Part shown: positions 38,810 through 52,967 of the stretch, in pieces | Layout: each line of letters starts with the position of its first letter | Numbering within the stretch: the first letter of the stretch is position 1 | NCBI RefSeq assembly: GCF_001194135.2 | Contig: NC_068997.1 | Span: 21,072,312-21,136,311, forward strand | Direction: 5' to 3' | Source of the DNA: Octopus bimaculoides | Taxonomy: Eukaryota | DNA: 64,000 nt | Program-made: the position numbers and the translations under genes | The notes under the pieces: model-generated | What the model was told of the DNA's origin: nothing | Seen by the model: only the letters and a program-made list of their open reading frames with translations | Databases searched by the model: none

Positions 38810-39735
38810 AAGGTAGCGAGCTGACAGGACCGTTGGCACATCAAGCGAAATGCTTAGTGGTATTTCGTCTGTCGTCATGTACTGAGTTCAGATTCCACTA
38901 AGGTCGACTTTTCCTTTCATCCTTTCGGGGTCGATAAAATAAGTACCAGTTGAGTACTGGGGTCGATGTGATCGACTATCCTCCGGCCCTAACTTTCAGG
39001 GCTTGTGCATAAAGCAGAAAGGATTATTACTGCTAAAGCATAAGGCGGCAAGCTGGCTGAATCGTTAGCACACCGGGTAAAAAATGCTTAGTGATATTTC
39101 GTCCGTCTTTACTTTCTGAGTTCAAATTCCACCGAGGTTGATTTTGCCTTCCACCGAGGTTGATTTTGCCTTTCGTGGTTTCGGGGTCGATAAAATAAGT
39201 ACCAATTGAACAGTGGTGCGGATATAATCGACTTGCACCCTTCCTGAACTTACTGGCTTTGTGCCAAACATTGAAACCATTATTACTGATAAGAAGGCGA
39301 GCTGGCAGAAACGTTAACACGCCGGGCGAAATGCTTTTGCAGTATTTCGTCTGCCGTTACGCTCTGAGTTCAAATTCCGCCGAGGTCGACTTTGTCTTTC
39401 ATCCTTTCGGGGTCGATAAATTAAGTACCAGTTACGCGCTGGGGTCGATGTAATCGACTTAATCCCTTTGTCTGTCCTTGTTTGCCCCCTCTATGTTTAG
39501 CCCCTTGTGGGCAATAAAGAAATAAGAAACATTATCGTATCGGACGAAAACGTACCTGCATTTCTACCGGCTCTTGACATTCTGAATTAAAATACTGTCG
39601 ATGTTAACTTTACTTTTCATCCTTTTGGTGTCGATAAAGCAAAGTACCAGACAAGTTTTGGAGTCGATGTAATCGACAAGGCCCCTCCCTCAAAATTCCA
39701 GGGTTGGTGCCTGTAGTAGAAAGAATAATAATTAT
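38810..39735 (+). mobile_element. Head-to-tail array of four SINE A copies following a (TTA)n tract
   Basis: Copies at about 38810-39028, 39042-39284, 39294-39524 (near intact, alternative tail) and 39530-39735. The second contains an internal 21-bp tandem duplication (CCACCGAGGTTGATTTTGCCT). Confidence 0.9.
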
Positions 39736-40306
39736 TGTTGTCTTTGTTGTTTTAGTCTCAGGTCGACTCTGAACTTTAAATGATTAAAATTATGATCAAA
39801 AGCGTTTCAGAAGTGACCATCCTGTCTCACCATCCGAAATTTATATTTTCTGTGTTATACAACGTTATAGGTTTTCTATTATGCAAAGTAGTGTGGGATT
39901 TGAGATTTCGCTGCTATTCCTGACTCACAGTACTACGTAAAGGCCTGTCTATATTGAGGCTTTGTTAGTTTGATATTTTAAACTTTGAATAAAAGCATTA
40001 TATATGACACAGAAGGTTTCTCAGAAAGGGGTCCATAAAGTTTATGAGGAAAATATCAAGGATTACCAAATATAAAATAACTTTTAATTGTATTATGCAA
40101 CAGCAGAGTGGGACATGAGAACTCACAGTGGAGCACCAAAGCTATTGTGTAGGCCGCATGTGGCTCGCCTGGAGCATGTTGTGCCTCACTGCTTTACATC
40201 ATCCAATATAGCATTCCTTTAGCCTGTCTTCCTCTTTGTCTGTCTCTCGTTCTCACTCTATGTATGTTTGTCTCTCTATCGCTCTGTCTGTCTGTCTGTC
40301 TCTCTG

Positions 40307-40348
<42 letters not shown>

Positions 40349-43223
40349 GCGCTAAAGAAAAACTAAGAGAGAGAGAGAGAGCGATTCAAAGGAGACCATA
40401 TTTAGTGCTATTGGAAGATTATATTTCCAACGACTCTAAGTATTTCTAGTATTACTAGCTTTTCCATATAAAGCTATTGCTCTCGTCTACGGAGAAAATG
40501 CTATTACAAAGCAATACACTGCATAGTAAACTAGTCACTGATACAAATATTGTTCGTACTAAACAGTACTTTATTAGATATAAATCACCACTAAAATACA
40601 CACACACACGCACTCACATATATGCGTACACACACACTCATACAATCTCATACATATATATAACTATATACACATATACACACGCGTATAAATATTCATG
40701 TAGAATTGATAATAGGGATATAAAATGGAAATAATGATGTTAATAAAGAGAGAAAAGTCCATAAAGTCATAAACGTTTGTTTAAATATTATAGAATATGG
40801 CAAGGTTTAAAACTATCACTTTCTTCTTAATTTCAAATGAATAGCAATTACATATATATACATAAACATACACAATCTCTTGCTTAACCAAACACGCACG
40901 TAGACTATTAATACGGATACGTAACAGATACATAAACATACGTAAATACATACACATACATAAAAATAATCTCATACGTTCACACTTGTGAGCACATTTA
41001 TTATACTTGCGCATCTACTTCAATGTACTCACTGATTCACTGTTTTTGTACTTAATATATACGTATGAACATTCGCATAATAGCATATTTAATCACCCAT
41101 TCTCTGTCTATCGCTGTCTATCTCTTTGACATATATGCATGCATACATATATATATATATATATATATANNNNNNNNNNNNNNNNNNNNNNNNNNNNNNN
41201 NNNNNNNNNNNNNNNNNNNNNNNNNNNNNNNNNNNNNNNNNNNNNNNNNNNNNNNNNNNNNNNNNNNNNNNNNNNNNNNNNNNNNNNNNNNNNNNNNNNN
41301 NNNNNNNNNNNNNNNNNNNNNNNNNNNNNNNNNNNNNNNNNNNNNNNNNNNNNNNNNNNNNNNNNNNNNNNNNNNNNNNNNNNNNNNNNNNNNNNNNNNN
41401 NNNNNNNNNNNNNNNNNNNNNNNNNNNNNNNNNNNNNNNNNNNNNNNNNNNNNNNNNNNNNNNNNNNNNNNNNNNNNNNNNNNNNNNNNNNNNNNNNNNN
41501 NNNNNNNNNNNNNNNNNNNNNNNNNNNNNNNNNNNNNNNNNNNNNNNNNNNNNNNNNNNNNNNNNNNNNNNNNNNNNNNNNNNNNNNNNNNNNNNNNNNN
41601 NNNNNNNNNNNNNNNNNNNNNNNNNNNNNNNNNNNNNNNNNNNNNNNNNNNNNNNNNNNNNNNNNNNATATATATATATATATATACACATATGTATGTA
41701 TATACATATGTATGTACATATATATGTGTGTGTGTGTGTGTGTGTATACACAGACACAGAGAAAGAGAGGGAGATAGATAGATAGCGCGTGTGCCTGGGT
41801 GTATATATGTGTGTTTATGTGTGTTCATGCCTATGTACGTACGTGGGTGTCTTCTCATCCAAGATAGAATTAGTAACCACAGAGATGATAACTTGCAAAT
41901 TGAAGAACTGACTGCTATGTCAACGAATAACAATCATACAATCGTACGATAGACCTTGACGGCTTATACATCGGTCGGTGGAAAGCTTTCGTTTGAGCCC
42001 TCGACCACTTTGGCCTGGTCAATCGGTCATTGTGACTCCTCAAGCTATATTGCAGAGATTTATCTCTCGCGAGCTTAAAAGTCCATGACAAACCTGATGT
42101 AATTACTGGACCCTAACTAGCATACAATCTTGTGTAAAGAAGGATTATTCCGCAGTCAACATTTGCTGCCCAAAACATTTAACAGACATTGAGTATGAAG
42201 TGATGCGCGTCCATTTTAAAGCAAGCAACTTTTCAACAACTCGCAATACGCAGTCGCTGTTTCCATGGTGACGGATTCGACCCACCTATACAGAATTGTT
42301 TACGGACTTTGGCTGAATATTTTAAACTTATACAATCTGCGATAGAAGTGCTTTTAGTTTCTCTGTTTGGTTATTCTTCTTATTAGCACTTACGCATCGC
42401 TGAAGACTGTCTCTCTGGATTCGATCGTGTTTGTTTGTATCGTTGGTAATTCACAACACGTTCTCCTTTAAGTTTGAGGTTAGGAGTCGTCATATGTGTA
42501 AAATGTGATTTAAATGACAAAAAAAAGAAAGAGAAAATATTTAAAAAAGAAATGTTTCTTTTGCTGGAAATATGAAGGAAACGTTGCAAGAGGTTTCAAA
42601 CTAAAACAGCTTTGATCTTTATGTTATCTTTTAGCAGACCGTAGATATATGTTCGTACATGCATACACGCATGCATGTATACATACATATATATATATAT
42701 ATATATANNNNNNNNNNNNNNNNNNNNNNNNNNNNNNNNNNNNNNNNNNNNNNNNNNNNNNNNNNNNNNNNNNNNNNNNNNNNNNNNNNNNNNNNNNNNN
42801 NNNNNNNNNNNNNNNNNNNNNNNNNNNNNNNNNNNNNNNNNNNNNNNNNNNNNNNNNNNNNNNNNNNNNNNNNNNNNNNNNNNNNNNNNNNNNNNNNNNN
42901 NNNNNNNNNNNNNNNNNNNNNNNNNNNNNNNNNNNNNNNNNNNNNNNNNNNNNNNNNNNNNNNNNNNNNNNNNNNNNNNNNNNNNNNNNNNNNNNNNNNN
43001 NNNNNNNNNNNNNNNNNNNNNNNNNNNNNNNNNNNNNNNNNNNNNNNNNNNNNNNNNNNNNNNNNNNNNNNNNNNNNNNNNNNNNNNNNNNNNNNNNNNN
43101 NNNNNNNNNNNNNNNNNNNNNNNNNNNNNNNNNNNNNNNNNNNNNNNNNNNNNNNNNNNNNNNNNNNNNNNNNNNNNNNNNNNNNNNNNNNNNNNNNNNN
43201 NNNNNNNNNNNNNNNNNNNNNNN

Positions 43224-43275
<52 letters not shown>

Positions 43276-43497
43276 TGAAAGAATAGAGTAAACAATAAAA
43301 ATTAGATATGTAAGAGAGATGGAGAGAAGGAAGGAAAGACGAGGAAGGTGAGAGGGAGTGAGAAAGAAAGATAGGAAGTATGAAAGCAAAAGAAGACGTA
43401 TGAAGTGAGAGAGAGGGGGAAAGAGAGAGAGTGAGTGAGAATGTGAGGGAAGAATGAATCAAGAAACACATGAGATATGTTAGAGAGTTGGGTGGGA

Positions 43498-43535
<38 letters not shown>

Positions 43536-44121
43536 AAAAGAGAGGGAGAGAGAGGAAAAGTGAGGGAGAAGGCAGGAAAAGAGAGGGTGAGAGAGAGAGG
43601 AAAAAAGAGGGAGAGAGAGAAGAAAAGAGAGGGATGAGAGACAAAGGAAGAATTGAAACAAAAAATTACAAAGAGAGAGAGAGAATGTAGGAGCGAGAGA
43701 GGAAAAAAGACAGNNNNNNNNNNNNNNNNNNNNNNNNNNNNNNNNNNNNNNNNNNNNNNNNNNNNNNNNNNNNNNNNNNNNNNNNNNNNNNNNNNNNNNN
43801 NNNNNNNNNNNGGGGAGGGGAGGAAAGAGGAAGTATGAAAAAATGGGATACAGAGAAAGATAAAGAGAGAGAGAGAAAGAGAGAAGATAGAGAGAATGAA
43901 AGAAAGAGACGCGGAAAGGATAAATGAAAACAAGCAAAAAAAAAAAAACATGAAAGCTAAAATAAAGAAGGGCAAAGAGTAGAAACAAATGGTGGTCAGA
44001 GATGAGATTGTGTGTGTACAATGCATGCATAAACAAACACATGCATACAGATGCAGACATAGTCAATATGCTTGTATTTGTATGTATATGTGGTTATTTA
44101 TGCATGCATTGCTTGTGTATG

Positions 44122-44157
<36 letters not shown>

Positions 44158-44165
44158 TTCTACCC

Positions 44166-44219
<54 letters not shown>

Positions 44220-44651
44220 GTGTTTGTGTATATCTGTGCATGCATCTGTGATTTGTATGTGTTTCTCTTTATATCTGTATGCGTTTCTCCTTCCCTTGTA
44301 TAAGTTTTCCCCACACATCACAGAACATATAGATGCGTTGAGTTTACGGAAGTTTTCTGGGGATCTTTTCTTTTTCTTTTTCTTTTTCTTCGTTTTTGTT
44401 TGTTTGTTTCTTTCTTTCTTTCTTTCTTCACATCGATCTCTTCAGATATGTATGACTACCAATACTTGATATTCTGATCCCTTCGATTAGCAACAGATGG
44501 AAAGAAATCCCTTGACATATACACTATAAGATTCTAATGAACAGAGTTTGCAATACGCGTTTGATTCTTCCTTCAATTATTCCCTTAATGCACTTGGTAA
44601 TGCCATGACAACCACAGCGTCCATTCCTCAGCCATCACAAGCAAAACAAAG

Positions 44652-44800
44652 AAGGCGAATTGGCAGTGTCCTTAGAGCGTTGGATAGTATACGTTGTGGC
44701 GTTCGTCCCGTGTTTCTGCGTACCGAGTTCAAATCCCGTCAGCTTTGCAATTCATCCCTTTAAGAATCGATAAAATATAGCTCTAGTCAAGTACTGGGTT
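44652..44800 (+). mobile_element. SINE family A, diverged
   Basis: AGGCGAATTGGCAG..CCGAGTTCAAATCCC..TCGATAAAATATAG..GTACTGGG. Confidence 0.7.
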
Positions 44801-45437
44801 TGATTTTCTCATTTCTTCCTCTCTTTCTTTCTATGTATCTCTCTCTCTCTCTCTCTCTCTCTCCCTCTCTCCCCTCTCTCGCAATATATAAATATATGTC
44901 TTGGCATCGGGGATGGGGGAAAGAAAAGTGCGTTTAGACCACGGTCCCCGCCAACAATCCTCTCGCCAACACGCCGTGGGCAAGGCAAGAAAGAAGTATG
45001 ATAACATATTGATGGACATGGATAGGTAACTGTGATCACTAAAGGTCAAACAATTGACTCTGAATTCACTAGTGTGTGACATAAATAAAATATCCTTTAT
45101 TCTTAACATTATCACATTGAAAGGGAAGATGATCATGTTAATATCAAAGACATTATTATCATTATTATTATTATTATTATCATTATTATTATTATTATCC
45201 TCATCATCATCTTCATTGTCATCATCATCATCGTCATCATTCATTCATTTTTATTTCCTCTCCGTGTCATAAAGCATATCAGTCCGTTCTTGGAAGATTC
45301 CAGTAGCATATGAGTTGCTCTTTTTTTTATGAGAAGCAGTTACTAATCCCTTCTTCAAGTCTTCACAATTTCCCTAGAAAAGTCGCTGAGACTGATCTCT
45401 ACGACCCTTTACATGGCGCAAGAAAGAGAGAGGGGCG

Positions 45438-45474
<37 letters not shown>

Positions 45475-46378
45475 ATTTGACTAAAGTATTCGATTGGTAC
45501 TTTAGTTATCGAGCCACAAACCTTTTCAAGTCTGTTTGGATTATGAAAGAAATATGATCGGTGGCGTCCCATTAATCCTATATATTCATGGCAGATCTCG
45601 GGTAATTTTACGCTCTAAACTTTCCTTAAGCGAGAAAAATTTATATTCTTTCAATACAACAACAGATAAAACGAGCGGAGAAAACAAGTTTTCGTAGATA
45701 CACCTTGAAATATGTACTTAATAATTATCTACCTTCAAATCGTGATTCGAGCCGTTATATGCATTTTACATGATTGACAAATAAGAAAACGTAATATGAT
45801 TGTACATATTATCTCCGATTTTTAAGACTTTAAGAGCGCTTAAACATTTCAAGTTTACATTTTCGAACTCATGCATATATATCAACTTTATTTTCATTCC
45901 TTTTTGCTTACATATGTATGTATATTTCTTCAATATACACATATATTTGTCCGCTTTTAATAATTTATGTCTAGAGCTCTAAAGGTCGCTCTAATCGTTA
46001 TCCAATTGTTATCGAATACTAATTCTTTGCCTCTCGTCTTTCAACCAATGTCCTTCAGAATATTCTAATAATTTTACTGTAGTCTTATTATATATTAAAT
46101 TGTATGTCCATTTTTCAAATACCTGCAGATCGGCAATAAAAGAGTAATGATCTATAATGCATCTGCTTCCGATACGTTATATCACTCTACTGTTGGAATT
46201 GAATACTCTCATTTTCTGCCTTTTTACATTTACAAGTTTATATCAATTTGTCTATCTATCTATCTATCTATCTGTCTGTCTATCTGTCCGTCTTTCTGCC
46301 TGACTGTCTATTTGCCTTCTCTGACTAGCTAGCCACCTCTATCTGTCTTTCTTTGTCTTTCGCTCCCCCCTCTCTCTC

Positions 46379-46451
<73 letters not shown>

Positions 46452-46499
46452 GCGTATGGATATATATATATACACACACATTTATATATTTATATATAC

Positions 46500-46546
<47 letters not shown>

Positions 46547-46596
46547 AACACAGAGGCACACATATAAATACATATGTCTATCGATCTCTGTCTATA

Positions 46597-46633
<37 letters not shown>

Positions 46634-47170
46634 GTGTGTATGTGTAAGTGAGTGTATATGTATATGTGTGCATTAATGTTCCTATTTAGAATAATTAATA
46701 CATTATATTATTATGCGATTAACAAAATCGACTAAATTAATTAATTATTGCAACTAGTTAATAAATCGCATCATTAAATGTCAGAGTGTTCGTGTGTATC
46801 AGTGCGTGCTGTGTAGCCGGGTTGTATAACTACTGTTGGTTTATATGTAAATGTGTTATGTAAATGTGTAACACATTTACATATACAGAAACGTACTAGC
46901 GATAACTAACGAACGAACATCTACGAAATAACAAGCGGGGCGGTGGAGACGAATATTTGGTTACTGAATGTGTAAGAAAATGCAGGTCAAATTTCACCCA
47001 AGTCTCAACCAACTGGTTTTTAAGAAATGAGACACGTGGAAGAACGTGATTCTAAAATAGTCTGGAAATATGAGAGAAACATTCTTCGTGGACTGAGGCT
47101 GACTAGGGTGCAAAAATACGAACAATAACAACAGCATAATGATAATAATAATAATAATAATAATAATTAC

Positions 47171-47207
<37 letters not shown>

Positions 47208-47434
47208 GGGACCTTTTCAGCGTGATGGGCTACTCGACCTGAAGAAAATTCTAACTGGGCCCCACCTGCGAGGTCATGTGCTGTTTATCTTGATATGACA
47301 TCACCATGTCGCACACATGGTTGTGTTGCATGTGCCTGGTGTACCCATATCAGACGGGTAGTCACGATGGGTATACTGGGCTTCGTATATTTTACCCCAG
47401 TGTCACTTTGATGGCATGCACTGCTCTCTCACTC
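47208..47434 (+). mobile_element. 5'-truncated copy of an unclassified retroposon-like repeat (family C) with an (AAT)n tail
   Basis: Clearly homologous to 57806-58036; flanked on both sides by (AAT)n. Confidence 0.75.
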
Positions 47435-47458
47435 AATAATAATAATAATAATAATAAC

Positions 47459-47490
<32 letters not shown>

Positions 47491-47504
47491 TGATGATGAT
47501 GATG

Positions 47505-47695
47505 ATAATGGTTTTAGTTTTTGGCACAAGGCCATCAGGAAGTCGATTACATCGATCCCAGTACTCAACTGGTATTTATTTTAGCAACCCCGAAACGATG
47601 AAAAGCGAAGTCGATCCTCAGCGGTATTTTAGCTCAAAACGTGAAGCCGGAAGAAATGTCATTAATCGTTTTTGTCCGGCGCAGTAATCATTCTG
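47505..47695 (-). mobile_element. SINE family A
   Basis: TTGGCACAAGGCC..ATCGATCCCAGTACTCAACTGGTATTTATTTT..GTCCGGCG in reverse orientation. Confidence 0.75.
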
Positions 47696-49348
47696 AAATA
47701 TTAATGTCAAGGGCAGCAACAGCAACAGTAACAACAAGGATGAGCAATAATAACTCATCTGTGTGAAAAACTATGTATATACACGCGCATGCGTACGAGA
47801 CGTACAGCATCTCGCACACATGTTCGTATTAGTGTATGCAACGCTGCGTGTGTTTATGTATGTTCTCATATTAGACGTGTTAGTTCTCCTTATTTCTATT
47901 TCTATATGTATATATGCGGACCTATGTCTCCGTGAATGTGTATGCATATAGATACATACATTCATATATATATATATATCTATGAGTATGCATATATATA
48001 TATATANNNNNNNNNNNNNNNNNNNNNNNNNNNNNNNNNNNNNNNNNNNNNNNNNNNNNNNNNNNNNNNNNNNNNNNNNNNNNNNNNNNNNNNNNNNNNN
48101 NNNNNNNNNNNNNNNNNNNNNNNNNNNNNNNNNNNNNNNNNNNNNNNNNNNNNNNNNNNNNNNNNNNNNNNNNNNNNNNNNNNNNNNNNNNNNNNNNNNN
48201 NNNNNNNNNNNNNNNNNNNNNNNNNNNNNNNNNNNNNNNNNNNNNNNNNNNNNNNNNNNNNNNNNNNNNNNNNNNNNNNNNNNNNNNNNNNNNNNNNNNN
48301 NNNNNNNNNNNNNNNNNNNNNNNNNNNNNNNNNNNNNNNNNNNNNNNNNNNNNNNNNNNNNNNNNNNNNNNNNNNNNNNNNNNATATATCTGTACGCGCG
48401 CACGGGTATGTATATGTATGCGGGATTTTTTCCTGTATTCCTCTGTACGCGTTTATTAGAGTACGTGCGTGCGTGCGTGCATTCGAACATGTGTGTGTAC
48501 GTATGTGTAGGTGAGAGTATATGTATGTGTGTGTGTGTGTGTGTGTGCGTGTGCGTGTGCGTGTTACCATGTGTTTAACGCATGTCTATGAACTAGGTTA
48601 TTGCTTCTTTCTAGGATTTTCTTTGTGTGTGTGTATATATGTATGTGCGTGTCTGTGTCTGTGTCTTTGTCTGTGTCTGTGTGCAATGGTGTGTATCTCT
48701 GTATGTGTGATTGTGTGTGTATAGACGTCTATCTGTATTCGCATATATTTGTACGCATGTGTATTTTTGAGTGCGTGTTCTAGAATTTGCTTCTTGCCAC
48801 TTTCTAGATATATATATATATTCATGTGTATGTGTGTCTAACCGTGTGTACGACGCGTCTCTACATGTATCCACGCATGTACATATGCGTATGTGTACGC
48901 GCCCACATGTGCATGTGTAGCGTGCGTATGTGCATGTGTGCGCATGTCGCGTACATATGTGTATGTATGTGCGCGCACATGTGCGTGTGTAAAGCCATAC
49001 AAAAGACCGTTGAGCGAATCAATAGCTAATTCCTGTCCACGTGTACACGCCAGTTTTGATTGTGTCCGTTCCGGCGGTATTTCTGCTCTGATATTTGCTT
49101 TAGTTGAGCCATATACAACACCATTAGTGTACCTTCAAAGAAAGAAGTTTTGTTAAAGAATATTCAATTGACAGCGAGGTCAGAAGAATCGACCAACCTC
49201 GACCAATCCATCACCTCATCATTATTTGAATTGTGAACCGCGTGGACAACAAACTGTTCTCCTCTCTATATTATAGCTTGCATAGAGTCTTCTCTTATCG
49301 TCACCAGATTGACCCTGCTTCACGCGAACACACACACACACACACACG

Positions 49349-49409
<61 letters not shown>

Positions 49410-49569
49410 ACACGCATTGATAGACAGACGGAGAAAGGGCGGGAGAATTATATGTATACATATATTCATACAACTATGCCTATATATATATATATATATA
49501 TAGGCAAAGATACATAAGTACATAGTTACCTACATACATAGTATGTTTATATATGTAGATATGTGTATA

Positions 49570-49607
<38 letters not shown>

Positions 49608-49774
49608 CTTTGTGTCATATATTTGTGCGTGATTGTGTACGTGCGTATTTGAATTGATATACGTATATAAATATTCATATAAAAATGTATAGATAAGGTG
49701 GCGCAGACTATCAATGAACGGTCAGACAGACAGTCAGACACTGGGACAGATAAGTAGATAGATAGATAGATAGT

Positions 49775-49836
<62 letters not shown>

Positions 49837-49973
49837 TGTTGGGAGGTATATAATCAAGATAAGTAAATAGATAGGTAGAAGATAGGTAAGTATATATGAA
49901 GATATATGTGTGTGTGTATGTGTATGTATATACATATATACATATGTACATACATAGACACACATACATGAGT

Positions 49974-50009
<36 letters not shown>

Positions 50010-50474
50010 ATATATATGCACACAGAGAGACAAAGAGGGCTAGAAAGACAGTCAGATTAGATAAATAGGTACATACATATATCATACGCATTTGCATATA
50101 CATCATAGGTGCAATGGGCTACATAACAATAGATTTACACAAAGGTCTGGAAATACTGGAGTATTCCAAGAAAGAACAACGCTAACTCGCACCAGAGAAA
50201 ACCAATCACTTAGAAGTAGAGTGAAGACTTGCAGAACATTTCCAAAGATTCTTCATTCTTCGTTTGAGTCTTTGGGGATAAACACATATATGCAGTCACG
50301 TGTACTCGCACATACGACACACGTAGACAAACACACCCATCCGCTATACATATAGCGTAATCATCGCAAAAGCATACTCATATACGAACGAGACACACAT
50401 ACACATTACATAAGCTGATGTACATCAACACTTACGTACAAGTGGCGTGTATCTCTCTATATAAGCTATATAGT

Positions 50475-50785
50475 GTTTTCGATTTAGACACAAGGCTTTC
50501 AGATTTCAGGGCATGGAGTTAATCAATACGATCTCCTTCACTACTAGACCGGTGGTTTTCTTTATCGATCCCGGCTAGATACCTGCTCTTTCTAAAGTTA
50601 CCTCGGAGTTGATTTGAACACAGAATGTTAAAAGCCAGAAGAAATGTAGTCCACACATACACGTCATATTGGTCTCAAATTTTTGACACAAGGCCTGCAA
50701 TTTCAGGGGAGGGTGCCAGTCGATTTCATCGATCCAAGTGTTTAGCTTGTATTTATCAATGCTGAAAGGATGAAGCTCCGTACTC
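50475..50785 (-). mobile_element. Two diverged SINE A fragments
   Basis: GACACAAGGC..TTTCAGG..ATCGATCC segments occur twice. Confidence 0.65.
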
Positions 50786-51571
50786 AGATTGCAAATTCAC
50801 ATTTATACATAAGTGTACTGGGCTATGCTATTAAGTATCTACGTGAGAATCTAGAGAAGCTAAAGGCTTGAAGCAAAGAAAAAGACAAGCTCACCCACAC
50901 TTTACAGGTACAATTTCTGAATAGAACAGTAAAAATATGCAAGTATTTTCAAAAGCTTGGCATGTAATGATTAACGTTTTTACTATTTCAGCTCAGGCAA
51001 AATAGTAAAAACTCCTTTGAAATAGAGGTATTGCTCATTTTTGCCAGTTCTTCTGTCTAGGAAGAGTTCTAATAGATAAATAAAAACGGAGGTCATCCAT
51101 ACATCATGTCTAAATTCCAATGAAAGGACGTTGCTTCCTGGCTAGATACCTGCTCTTTCTATAATGGCAATAGATTCGAAAAGATACAACGAAATAAAAG
51201 TCATGTATTCCTTCATATACAAGTTATTGGTAGGCGGACCTACAAACATACAAAACATACAGTTTGACGATTGTAAGGTCATGCATGAATAGATAGTCAC
51301 ACACAAACACTCACACGCACTGTGAGCATGCATACGTATGTGAACGTTGTCGCTCAATGCCCAAACCAGCCCTGATCAGACATGCAACTCAAAGGTGGTC
51401 CAGCCATGACCACCATTCCGTATTTTTGTATTGTTTATGTTTTGTTTGCTATATCATTAAGCTGTTTACTTCTGTACCGTCGATAGTTCTCCATTATAAA
51501 GCTACACATATATGTGAATGTATGTATATGTGTGTGTGTGCATGTATATTTGTTTATATATATATATATAC

Positions 51572-51633
<62 letters not shown>

Positions 51634-51996
51634 GTTTATATTTATATATGTGTGTGTGTATACATATGTGTGTGTATGTATGTACGTATATGTATGCGTG
51701 TCATTCTCAAAAAAAAGACAGCAACAACAACACCAACAATAATTCTAAAAACAATCAACATTGATTACGAAAAGAAAAAAAAGAAAACAACGGTAATAAA
51801 AAAAATATAAAAAGGATAATAATAAAGAATAATGAAAACACACATTAAAAGAAAACCAGAAGCGGACTGGTGGGGTATGGAGATGAAGAAGTAAAAGAAG
51901 TTATCGAACAGTGATCAAGTCATATCAGTCACTATATTGACTTTGTGTATTGATCACTTTAATAGTATTTATAAAGAACTCGTTTCTCCTATAGCT

Positions 51997-52031
<35 letters not shown>

Positions 52032-52207
52032 CGCTATCGTCGTCGACAATGTCGTTGTTGTTGTTGTTGTTATCCATCTCCCGACATTTACCGGTCACTT
52101 CACCCAGCATTATACGTCGTTTTGATGAGGTTTGATAGATATATATATATGTATGTATATGTTTGTATGACTATATGTATGTACGTATACATTTATATAT
52201 ATATATT

Positions 52208-52239
<32 letters not shown>

Positions 52240-52967
52240 GATATATATATATGACTATATGTATGTACGTATACATTTATATATATATATTTATANNNNN
52301 NNNNNNNNNNNNNNNNNNNNNNNNNNNNNNNNNNNNNNNNNNNNNNNNNNNNNNNNNNNNNNNNNNNNNNNNNNNNNNNNNNNNNNNNNNNNNNNNNNNN
52401 NNNNNNNNNNNNNNNNNNNNNNNNNNNNNNNNNNNNNNNNNNNNNNNNNNNNNNNNNNNNNNNNNNNNNNNNNNNNNNNNNNNNNNNNNNNNNNNNNNNN
52501 NNNNNNNNNNNNNNNNNNNNNNNNNNNNNNNNNNNNNNNNNNNNNNNNNNNNNNNNNNNNNNNNNNNNNNNNNNNNNNNNNNNNNNNNNNNNNNNNNNNN
52601 NNNNNNNNNNNNNNNNNNNNNNNNNNNNNNNNNNNNNNNNNNNNNNNNNNNNNNNNNNNNNNNNNNNNNNNNNNNNNNNNNNNNNNNNNNNNNNNNNNNN
52701 NNNNNNNNNNNNNNNNNNNNNNNNNNNNNNNNNNNNNNNNNNNNNNNNNNNNNNNNNNNNNNNNNNNNNNNNNNNNNNNNNNNNNNNNNNNNNNNNNNNN
52801 NNNNNNNNNNNNNNNNNNNNNNNNNNNNNNNNNNNNNNNNNNNNNNNNNNNNNNNNNNNNNNNNNNNNNNNNNNNNNNNNNNNNNNNNNNNNNNNNNNNN
52901 NNNNNNNNNNNNNNNNNNNNNNNNNNNNNNNNNNNNNNNNNNNNTTATTATTATTATTATTATTATT

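Noticed and set aside
39294-39380. tRNA gene at SINE heads
   Set aside because: A/B boxes are present, but there is no cloverleaf and each continues into a shared SINE body.
45680-45740. 7-bp hairpin GTAGATA/TATCTAC followed by GAAA on the minus strand
   Set aside because: Core lacks C3 and A9, and there is no stem I pairing.
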